The notes below the pieces were generated by a model, which saw nothing but the letters and a program-made list of their open reading frames with translations, had not been told where the DNA came from and searched no databases. Of a DNA stretch of 64,000 bases, positions 12,960 through 23,617 are shown one piece after another. This DNA is from Psammoneis japonica (Eukaryota): NCBI GenBank assembly GCA_008632985.1, contig QPGO01000047.1, positions 62,001 through 126,000 on the forward strand. Reading direction: 5' to 3'. The position numbers and the translations under genes are program-made. Within the stretch, counting starts at the first letter, position 1. The number at the start of each line of letters is the position of its first letter.

Positions 12960-15880
12960 GTTGACAAACGATGACACAAGCGTCCGTTGAATCCACAACC
13001 TTTGATGATCAAAATCTCTTTGGCATGTGCCAAAAAATGAAAAACCTGTGTCAGCTGCATCTCTTGCGGACCGCACGCTTTGCTGTTGGTTTCCTGTTGA
13101 GAGCTCTTCAGAACTTGACACAGAACAATGGCGCGGCATTGTGTCATGTCAAAAGTGTGTTGGCGATGTCAAACAGATTAAATGCAAAAAGAAATCTTGG
13201 TGTTGCACCTGGGTTCTTGCGTGAGCCAAGCCCAAATGTGATCACCTGATGGCCGCACAGCTGTGGGGCACTGCCAGAGAGAGGTCCACCTGCACACCTG
13301 ACCCACGTCAACCGATGTTGAGTGGTTTCATGTGATGTCATGATGGTCAGTGGGGGGTGGCAAAGATCAGCAACTTTTTGCCAACCTCCATGATGAGAAG
13401 CGAAAATGCCTCACATTGTTGCATCATGTTTGGTGCTCTTCTTGGTGAAACATGCCTTGCCAGATGTCGTTGTGACAGCTTGGCCAACTTTTTGCCATGG
13501 CTTGCGCAAGTCCTGAGGAGGCTGCTGGCTGGCATGACAGCACTTTGGACAATGGACATTGCTGTCACCATGGACTCACCAGATCTCTCTGCTTGCAACA
13601 CCTTTTGCACTTCTTTGCTGGCCGTTGCTGCTGCCAGCACTCTGCAAGCCAGTGGCAGCAGCGCATCATTGCGCAAGAGGAGCCCTGGCTTGACGTCGCC
13701 ACATTTGCAAATGAGACAAGCACCTTTGTTGAGTCTCCCAGAGCAGCACTCAAGTTGGCTGTCAAATGAAGACAACCAGCAGAGAATCATGTTGCTGAGA
13801 AGCTCTCAACTCACTCCTCTGGAGTCTTGACATGATGTGAGCAACTGCACCTTTGGGGAGGCAGCACACTCTCAAGGTGGTGTTGTCGTGGCAGCTCTCA
13901 TGCAGATGTCATGCTCAAGTGCTTGAGCTGCAGCACAAGTTGGAAAAAGAGAAAAGAAAAAGAACAGGCAATGGTTGTGACAAGCACAGCAGGGCACAGC
14001 CACCCACCCTCCTGCCAAAGAGGGTGCTGCTTGGCTCAACAAGCACACACAGCTTTTGTCAGTCAACAGAAGAAAATGTGGCAAAGCTGCTCAACATTGT
14101 CAATGTCATTGTGGTCATTTTCTGAAACATGAGCTGTGTGGCTGCCAATTTGAAGCTCTTGGCTCACTTGCCATCTGCCACAGATGTGCTGATCGCCTGT
14201 CTCCATGATGCAGGAGAAGTGCCATGTGCTGGCTGAGAGAACAGACTGGCAACAACCTGCGCATTTTCTGGAGGCAAAGACAGCATGGCAATCACCAACA
14301 GCCATGTGGCAATCTTGCTCTTCACGCCTCTTGCAGACCTGTTTTTTTTTAAATGATGTCCAGAAACTGCCTTCATTTGCAATCAATGCTGGGCCAATTG
14401 TCTTGATGTTGACAGAGGCTGTGCACCATGTGATTTCAATCAAGCATCATTGCCGGCAGCATGCCGAGTGACAAACTTCACTTTCAACTGCCAACATGCA
14501 TGCCAAAGGCACAGCCCAGCCAGGCAAGCAGCATCATCTCTCAGACAATTTTCAATTGGAGCTGAAGACCATGGTGCTGGCACCAGAAGACCACCAGAAG
14601 ATGCAGGCTTGTTTGGGCCTCAGCTGCACACCAGCGGTGGTGCAAAATGCATTTTGCACATGCTCGTCAATCCAGCTGCCCTGCCAGATTGCAAAAATCT
14701 GTGATGCATGCAATGTCCTGTGGCACGCCATCATGGTCTAGAAATCAATTTCAAGGCTGCACTGGAAACCACTCAAGGTTCAATGTGGGGTTCAGGATCA
14801 ATCCAACGAATTCTGCCACAGTGGCTGCAGCCTCTCTTGTCGGGCATTTGGGACCCTCACAAGATGCCTTGTGCAACAAGTCAGAAATTTCAAAGTCATT
14901 TGCTCAAAATGTGCAGCAGGAGTTGCCAACCCAGGTGCAGCTCTGGACTGTGGAGATGTGTTCAAACTGGCTTGCAACTTCGATGATGTCAAGGGTCAAG
15001 GGCATGCCATTTGAGATCCTTGGTGTGTGAAAAGGCATCAGAGCAGATGGGGCACAACACAGCCTTGAATGATTGGGTCAGCACCTCAAACTTTTTTTGT
15101 GAAACTGAAATGTTTGCGATGAGAAAGAGGATGAGTTGGGATTGATCTCAAAAGGGTTGAAAACAAGGGAAATCGAAGTCGCACATTCCAAAAATTGGCT
15201 CACATCGCTGCAAAATTTGTCAACACTTCAGCCATTGGCTCAAACATGGTCTCAAGTGTGTGGTTGGCTTGGCATGAAATTATGTGGAGAAGAGTGGTTC
15301 ATGAGAAATCTTGACTGCACACCAGATGCAGCAGAGCATGCTTCCCTGCCGTCTCATCAAACTGGCACCCGCTCCACTGAGAGCAACAGCCTCTTCCACA
15401 CAATGCATTTTCCACAGGGATGCAATGTAAAGTGGCACATCTCCATTTGTGTTGAGAACATCTGTGGGTTGAACTGCCAAGTGCAGTGCCTTCACCTCCT
15501 GGCCAAGACAGACAAGAAAGAAGACATCAAACTCTTTGCCCACATTGGCGCTCCTCTGTGGTGAGGAAAAGTGATGTGCGAGGCTGTGCTTTTCAAGGTT
15601 CACACCTGCTCCACCATCAATGCAAGCTTTGAGTTCTGCCTTTTTCCCACAATTGGCTTGCCAGAGAAGAGTTTTGGGGGACAGCACCCTCCATGGCAAG
15701 CCAAGCAGATTCAAGAAGGCAAAGAGCAAGAACAGAGTGAGACGCAACAAACAACCGACGGAAATTGCAAAAAAACGAGCACTCAGTCTGCTCTTCTCCA
15801 GTGCCGGCAGCACTGATCCAACATGCACAGCGCCATTGTAGCACTCAACATCTTGCAAATTGGAAAATTGCGGAAAAAAA
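12960..15880. other. TpA- and CpG-depleted domain B
   Basis: Very few TA over about 2.9 kb and a TG/CA excess, flanked by normal-composition DNA. Confidence 0.85.
15280..15700 (-). pseudogene. Degenerate ankyrin gene paralogous to 11851-12751
   Basis: AELKACIDGGAGVNLEK..ANVGK..GQEVKALHLAV..DVLNTNGDVPLYIAS parallels AEVEACLDDRVDVNGEK..ADVGK..GEGVTALHVVV..DVFDIHGETPLHKAS. Confidence 0.7.
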
Positions 15881-16141
15881 GAAAAAATCAGAGGAGGTCG
15901 AAAGAAATCGAAATGGATAGAAAGGACCGCGCGTCCGCGCGACAGTCCAGCCGGTTGTCATGTCCGACGCGCCAATTTTGGCCACTGGGCTTCACTTCCA
16001 AAAATACGTATGTAGAATTATACGTCGAATACCGTACAGTGGCAACAGTCGCCTTCGCGTGATCCGCGCACGCGCTCAGATTTTTGTCGCCGCCGTTCCG
16101 CATTGCAAACTTCTGCCTCCAGATTCCAGATGCATGCCACC

Positions 16142-19100
16142 ATGGCAGATGCTTTGCCCGGTGCGTTTGTGATTACCGTGCCCCCAGGCCCTCTGGGGGT
16201 GCATGTTGCATGCTCCAACAACACTTGTGTGGCAATGAAACGTGTGGATGCCAAAACCGCGCTCCGTCCGGGTGATGTTCTGGTCGCTCTGAATGGCGTG
16301 CCTCTCCCCAAAACAAACAACATGGCAGAAATCATGCCGCTCTTTCAAGCTTGTGCCGACAAGTCGAGGCAAATAACCGTGCGAATGGGTCCTGCACAAC
16401 CCCAGCAAGCCATGGCACCGACTGTGCTGCCGGCTGCAGCTCCTTCTGTCGCTGCTCCAGTCGTCAGCATGCCGCTTCAACCTAAAAGCTCAAACCCCCC
16501 GGCATTAACAAAAGTCACCAAGCTTCCAAGCAAGAAGCCTCCTAAGGACGCTTCCAAGAAGAAAAAGACGAAAAAGAAAAAGAAGAAAAAGAAAGAGTCG
16601 TTAGACGATCCGTTTGCTGATTTGGAAGAGATTCCTCTTCCCGGTTTCATCTCCAAGAACAAGGCCTACTATTCAACACTCAATAGCGAGAGCTTGGGAG
16701 CCATCGCCGATAAGCTCGGCTGCGACCATTGGAAAGAGCTCGCCACGATGAAATCCAACGTTGACCGCTACGGTAAACTGAGTGCCGGTGTGCAATTTAA
16801 GCCCGGTACGCTTTTGCGTATCCCAACAAACGTTAGTGCGTGGAAAATCAAGAAACTCTTCAACCACGAACAAGAAGCCGAGCAGCAGCCCGTGACGTGT
16901 TTAGTGTGCCACAAGAAGGAAGACGAAAACAATCCCAACGAGATTATCCTTTTATGCGACGGTTGCGACGCGGCGTGTCACGTGGCTTGCGCTCAGCTCA
17001 AAGCTGTTCCCGAGACGGATTGGTTCTGTGAAGACTGTCTGCACGTGTTGAGAGCTCGCAAGAAGGCTTACGGCAGTAACGGTGCTAGCTTCCGAGCCGA
17101 GCCACCCGCCTTACCTCCTCTGATACTATCCGACGCTCTCGTGGTTCTCCGAACCAGTGTCGACGCCAAGCTTCAAGTCCATCTCCAGGAAAAGCGTACC
17201 GAGTTGTTGGACGCGATGACGGAAAACAACAAAGTAGTGGCTTGTCACTTGGATCAGCGATTGAACGAGCTCCAGCAGCAGGAGCCTAATCTAAGGGAAG
17301 AAATGGAAAACTGCCGAAGCGCTATTCAGAGGGAACTCTTGAGCGCTGCTCGGAGGAATGGAGTTGCCGGTTTTGGAGGCATTGGACGTTCAAACGCATG
17401 GATCGAAGTGCTGGGCGTCAATGGCCGTCCCAACCTGCGTCTGTCGGCACGACAAGAGACCAGAGAACCAACCTATTGGCCCCGATTCAGAGCGGGTTAC
17501 GAGTCTCAGCGCTGGAGAGATGCGGTCCGGATGCGAAACAATGCAAGGCGATCTGCGCCTGTCACGAGGGCCATTGAACATTGCAATCGGAAAAATAGTG
17601 AGCTCGAAGAGTGCAAAAACAGTATTGCTCAAGTAAAGCAAGAGATCAAGTCTCAATCCCATGTCAATGAAGAGGATCGACGAATTCTTCTTATTGAGTT
17701 TGCGTCCATGTTGGGCGAACCGCAGCTCGAGTTTGAAACCAAGGGCAAATTCGCCAAGCGCGAGGCACGCCCCAAGTTGCTTGGATTCGTCAAGCTTGTG
17801 GATGAAGGTCAAGTTCAAGCCATTCAGATGCTACAGGAGCCGGATCAGTTGGTCATTCTGATTCCCCTTCATGACGGTATGGAGACAGATGTCACTGTCC
17901 TTAATGGAGAGTTTGCGATTTTTGGACGCGGCACACTCTTTGATAGCACTCGCGACGACAGCACCCCGATCGATTTCAATGGCATTCGGGGAGCCCAACG
18001 TGTACTCATGCAGCTCCTTCAAGCCGACGAACGAAATGCTGCTTCCTTTAGGACGAGTCCGGTCGTTCCTTCTAGCGTGACGCTTCGCGGAACAGAGAGC
18101 GACATCTCTGCAGCGGCAAAGTGCTTCGATCTTAGCGAGCTTGTACGAGATTGTAACTGCGATTTGGACATGCCCATGGCTCCTACCCCGCCAACAATGG
18201 TGGCCAAGGGTTTGGAACTCCGTGAATACCAGAGGTCATCGCTGCAGTGGATGATTGATAAGGAGAAAGAACCAGATGGGCTGGGACTTGCCGGCGAGCT
18301 ATGGTCTCGGGTTCAGTTCTTGGACGGCGACGGTTGCTACTACTATTGCGACCTTACGGGTACATTCTCAAGAGATATTTTTGATTTCCGCACGGATGCA
18401 GAGCAAAGGGATGCGGCTAGGAATTTTGGTGGACTACCGAGCGGTGGCATTCTTGGTGAAGAGTAAGTTTATACCAGTTTTATAGATCTATTCTGTCGTC
18501 CGTGGGTTTTCTTATCTCGCATGTCTGGCTGACCCTTTCTGGCATTGATTACCACACAGGATGGGGCTTGGAAAGTCTGTCATCAGTTTGGCTCTAGTGG
18601 TTTCAAACCCTCCTCCTCCGGCGAATCGCGTCCTCCCACGTGAGCACCTGTGGAAAAGTGTGGACCATCCCGAATACGTTCCACCTCCGAGCGTTGTGGG
18701 AGCCGCATCCGGCGGGTCCAAGAATGTGTTCTTGTCAAATTCCTCTCTTATCATTGTTCCAATGACGCTAGCGTCTCAATGGCAAAGCGAGGTTGAACGG
18801 TTCGCTCCCTGGCTAAGCCTCATGACACTCCATTCCGGCGAAAATCCAACCATTCAAAAGATTGCTACTACTAATGTCGTCATCGTGTCAACCTTTGTGC
18901 TGCAGAATCAGCATTGCTCTCAGCTATTGAACAAGCTTCGACGAATCCATTGGCACCGCATCTTTGTCGACGAATCTCACTACAACCAGACCGGAGAAAA
19001 GACGAAGTTGTCCTTGGCTTCTCTTTCGGCGACCTATCGTTACTGGTAAGTGAAACCGTGACACTGTACTATTTGATAAATCTGCTTCTTCCTTTCCTCA

Positions 19101-20917
19101 CTATGGTGTACTTCGCACTTTCAAAAATGCCAAGCGTAACTGGCACTCCAATCGGTCACTCTCTCGATGATCTTCATGGGCAGGTAAGCACGCGGTCGGG
19201 TTGTGAAGAGAATTTTTCTACTGCTGGCTGCGCTTCTCTCACCCGTCGATTTTTGTCGTCGCAGTTGCGGTTCCTTCGTATCCCGCAATTCAGCCGGGCA
19301 GCATTCTGGAACAATGTCATTGCATCCCCGTTTTATGAGCGTAACTTGGATGCGCTTCAGGTGCTGCGATCCCTCTTGTCAAGATTTGTGATTCGTCACT
19401 CCAAGGAACAGACACATCCGAGCGGGAAAGCTATGTTGTCCTTGCCACCTCGTACGGTCGAAACTGTCCTACTGCCGTTTGGATCTGATGCGGAACGACG
19501 AGCTTACGAAGCTATCGAGAAGCGCAATCGGGAACATTTTGAGCGCTTGAGGCGCGAGTCACCGGCGACCGTGCTAGGAAAGTTCATTGAACTTACCGGT
19601 ATGATGTACTCTGCGCGCCAAGCATGCAGCCACATCAGCATGATTGATTTGGAGAAAGCCGATCGTCTCAATCGGGCCCTAGATCCAAAGAAGGGGGTAA
19701 AGAAACAGAAATCAGAAACGACGGGAAGAAAAACCCGAGCATCAATCCTTGAGGAGGCTGTAAGCAAGGCAAGGCCATCGGCGGAAGCGCGAATGCGGAG
19801 TGTGGTCCTCCAACTCCAAGAGGGGGAGATCGAACTACTTGAGTGCCCCGTTTGCTTGGAACCCGTAGGTGAAAAAGACATCGCACTCACCCCTTGCTGT
19901 CATCCGTTCTGCAACGAATGCATCCTCAATGTGCTAGACGGGGCCTCATCAACACGCGATGCAACGGGAAACTGCCCTCAATGCAGAGATGTCATTAGAC
20001 GCACCGAGCTGACCTTCCTGGGCGACGCGGAAGATAGAGAAGAGCCCACCGTGGTTCAAGAAGAACATGCACCTAAGGTAGACTGCACTGAAACAAATGA
20101 GGTGAATGGTTTCAAGATGACCGCCAAGGAAGTTCACGTTGCAGCCATTGGGAGCTCCACACGACGTGCTACGGCCAAAAGTCTGACAGAGGCAGAACGG
20201 CGTAAGCAGCACAACCTGGACCGTGCATATTTGCCAACGCTTTCTGCAGACTTCTTGGCAGACTGTGATACTGCTACTGAAACAATCGGTACGAAAGTGT
20301 GCCGTTTACTTCACGAAATCCATGCCATGATGGAAAAGGACGACAAATCGAAGTGCGTTGTGTTCAGTCAGTTCCTGGGCGTCTTGGATGTTGCGGCCGA
20401 GGAGCTTGCAATCCGAGGGATTCGGTTCGTGAGGGTAGATGGTCGTATGAAACAGCACGAGAGAGCCGATGCGTTGATCGACTTTTCCTCCGATCCTCAA
20501 ATCAAGGTTTTCTTGCTCTCCATGCGAGCTGGTGCAGTGGGCTTGACTCTCACTGCAGCCGACCACTGCTTTATTCTAGATACTCCTCAGAATTCTGCGG
20601 TAGAGGAACAAAGCATCGATCGAATCCATCGGATCGGAGCTACGCGACCCGTGTTTGTAAAGCGATTAGTCATGGAGGGAACGGTGGAGGAAAGGATTCT
20701 CTCGGTCCGACGCAGCTTGGCAGCAGATCGACCAGATGTCAGTACCCAGATTGATGGAGCTGGACTCATGATGGAGGAGCAAGCGCTTGTGGACCGACCA
20801 TCGAAGAGAGCTCGTCTTCAAGACGAAGGAGATCTCGAAGAGCGCCGGTTCGAGCGCTTCAAGACAATGGAGTTTCTATTCGGTTGCGCTGCCGAGAAAA
20901 AAGTGACAAAGGCTTAG
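16142..20917 (+). CDS. SNF2-family ATPase/RING E3 ligase (Rad5/Rad16/SHPRH-like) with PHD finger and N-terminal PDZ-like and LysM-like segments; introns 18463-18559, 19046-19134, 19184-19264
   Basis: PHD CLVC..LLCDGCD..H..C..VPETDWFCEDC; LREYQ; spliced GGILGEEMGLGKS; VDESH; YCVTGTP; RING CPVC..TPCCHPFCNEC..CPQC; HELICc VVFSQF, GAVGLTLT, QSIDRIHRIG. Confidence 0.93.
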
Positions 20918-21467
20918 AAGTTCTTGCAGGAGAAGCAAAGCGATCGTCGCACAAAACCTCAATAGCACTAGCATCAGTCGTAGTACGTGTCCCCCATGCC
21001 ACAAAACATGACTGTCACTCCTCCATTTTCCTAAAATAATGTGAGCCGACATACATTAACAATGGCATCGTCGTCAACAATGCAAAACTAGAATATCGCT
21101 TGTACGACACATTGACATGCTCTTTTTTCTCGCACTCGATAGGATGATTTTCAGCACGACAGGATGCTTGGAGGCATTACAGTGTGATGTGTGGGAGAAC
21201 ACATGATGAGGGAGCAGGACGCGGCGGCGCGGCACTCAAAGAAAGCGGTTGAGTGACAAACGACGCAGACGAGCTCAACGATGATTGATGCTTGATACAC
21301 CGACGCACACTACTTTATGAGTTACCCAATCGCTCTTGGTCGAAGTCGATAGTGTGAGTGACCTCATCAAGGACATTCAAAGCTATACGAATACGCCATG
21401 TGGACTTTTTAGCTATTGATACGATGCACGTTTATGTGTTTTACAATTTCGCAGCTTTCATCTACAT

Positions 21468-22799
21468 TCAACAAAAGAACTCCACATTCTCAAGGCCCCG
21501 AAGCTCCTCCAGCTCGTTGTGGCAAACCTTGTGTTTGTGCATGACAAACACGCGGTCGTATGAAGATGCACTTGAAGCCAAGTCAGTGTTTCGCGTCAAT
21601 CCTTCAAATTTGTCCACGAGAGGATCAAAGTAGTCAACCGAAACTCCATGCTTGACAAAGGTGTTGCAAAAGTCGGATTGGGGTGCGTCACGGGTATCCG
21701 ACACGTTGGGCTTGTAGCTTACACCACATACCAAGACCTTTTGCATGGTGGCATGCTTCTTGATTCGGTCCATGGCTAGCTTAGAGGGACGGGAGTGCAT
21801 TGAAGTCATGGAACTTGAGAGAATGGGCCACGATAGACTGGGATCGGAACCAATCAAGTAGTGCGGATCGACGGGAATGCAGTGACCACCGACACCAATC
21901 CAGCTACGAAAAGGGCTAAAGCCATAGGGTTTAGTGCTCGCAGCGTCAATCACATCGTTGACGTGTAGATCGGAGGTGTCACAAAAGTCAGCAAACTCAT
22001 TGATGAATGAGATGTTGATGGCGCGGTAGGAGTTTTCCAAAAGCTTGACGGCTTCGGAGTGATCCGAGTTGCGGACGGGAACGACACTCGTAAAGACCGT
22101 GCTGTAAAAGTGGAAAGCGGCTAAGGTGGACTCGGGATTAACACCACCGACAACCTTGGGGATATCTTGGAGGGTTGGGACCTTGCGAGCGGGATCGATA
22201 CGCTCGGGGCTATTGGCGACATGGTACCCGCTGGCGCACATCTCCTTGAACACTCGGCGCGTATCACCAACACCGACGGTGCTTTCTAGGATGACGAGAG
22301 CACCGGGTTTGGCATTAGCCAGGAGGGTACCCTTGACTGACTCGACATACTTGAGGTCGGGCATCTTGTTTTCCTTGACTGGTGTAGGAACGCAAATGAT
22401 ATACACATCATGGTCCGCAATATCTTCTGGGTTGCATGTGAAGTTGATACCTTCCAACTCGTGATCTTCAACGTCATCGATGGTTGACTTTCCTTGGGCA
22501 TGACTGGCTACGCGTTCTTTGTTAAGATCGAGACCAGTGACGTGATGGCCACAATCTTTGATGAGGACACAGAGAGGAAGGCCAACGTATCCATTTCCAA
22601 CCACTACCACCTTCTGTTTGGCTTCTTCGTTGAAGTAGGAGGAGCGAGTCATGTGCTCGGCGGCGTTGGGGTTCGACTGGGGAGGCATGGCTTTTCTAAT
22701 GCGATGAGGAAGGGATGTTGCAAAATGCGCAAGCTGAATTTTGTGAGACAAGTCTTCGTCGAAATGGAGATGTTGTGAAGCTGAATGGGTCATTCCCAT
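21468..22799 (-). CDS. UDP-glucose/GDP-mannose dehydrogenase family protein (WecC/WbpA-like UDP-N-acetylhexosamine dehydrogenase)
   Basis: Intronless, with GNGYVGLP, ICVPTP, LESTV, SPERIDP, KLLENSYR, catalytic GVGGHCIPVDP and GVSYKPNVSDTR. The true start may be 22688. Confidence 0.92.
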   Translation of the reverse strand: MGMTHSASQHLHFDEDLSHKIQLAHFATSLPHRIRKAMPPQSNPNAAEHMTRSSYFNEEAKQKVVVVGNGYVGLPLCVLIKDCGHHVTGLDLNKERVASHAQGKSTIDDVEDHELEGINFTCNPEDIADHDVYIICVPTPVKENKMPDLKYVESVKGTLLANAKPGALVILESTVGVGDTRRVFKEMCASGYHVANSPERIDPARKVPTLQDIPKVVGGVNPESTLAAFHFYSTVFTSVVPVRNSDHSEAVKLLENSYRAINISFINEFADFCDTSDLHVNDVIDAASTKPYGFSPFRSWIGVGGHCIPVDPHYLIGSDPSLSWPILSSSMTSMHSRPSKLAMDRIKKHATMQKVLVCGVSYKPNVSDTRDAPQSDFCNTFVKHGVSVDYFDPLVDKFEGLTRNTDLASSASSYDRVFVMHKHKVCHNELEELRGLENVEFFC

Positions 22800-23617
22800 C
22801 CAACTCGCAGCATTTCTACTGAAAATCTACGCATCCCATCCGTTCAGAGTCACAGTTGAAAACGCAGGGAGTCGCTTCTGCCCACGATTACCGCTTGGTC
22901 GTGATGTGTCACGCATTCCCGTTTCATCCTACCAGCAATCTGTAGCATCGAACGCCCAATGCAGTCATCAGAACCAGGGCCACCGTGTGGGCGAAACATC
23001 ATGGATATTGTGGTATTCTTCCCACTCTAATGTCCTTTGAGGGTCATTTTGACTAATGATAGCGTCGTGTACTGTACAGAGCTTTGTGGTGTCACATGTA
23101 CGTCCAACAGACATCCTCCACCATTATGTTATGCCAGGCATAAATAATGGATAGACCAGGACCATGCATTTTTCGGAAGGTAAGACTCTTAGAAGTCATT
23201 TTAAATGTAGAAACGCCGTTGTCTTGGCCAACATTATGACCGTCATACGCACATCATGACCTTTTTGTGACTCACAATTCAGTCATTAGAATCTACGACA
23301 GATACGTGACATTTGTACGATAACGTGGGTGTTGGATGGCTGCTTTCCGGTGCTCACGAACTTGCCGGGCACGATCAACAATTTGGGTGCGGATGGGCAT
23401 TGCATTAGCAACGGAAATGAGAATCGCCACCTCACATGAATGACCTGTCGGTGATCACAAAGCAGTCATTGGTCCCTGCGACAGACGCGTCACGATGAGT
23501 GGAACAAAGGGACATTCTTGCTTTTTTCCCAAAAAGAAAATCGCTCACAATTCTCTCACAATTCAGAGAAACAACTTGGGTCGCTTGGTCTTGCTTCAAC
23601 TTCCTGACACAAAGGCA

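Noticed and set aside
16142..20917. Possible DNMT5 (methyltransferase fused to SNF2/RING)
   Set aside because: No cytosine-methyltransferase motifs visible in the N-terminal half; it has a PHD finger instead.
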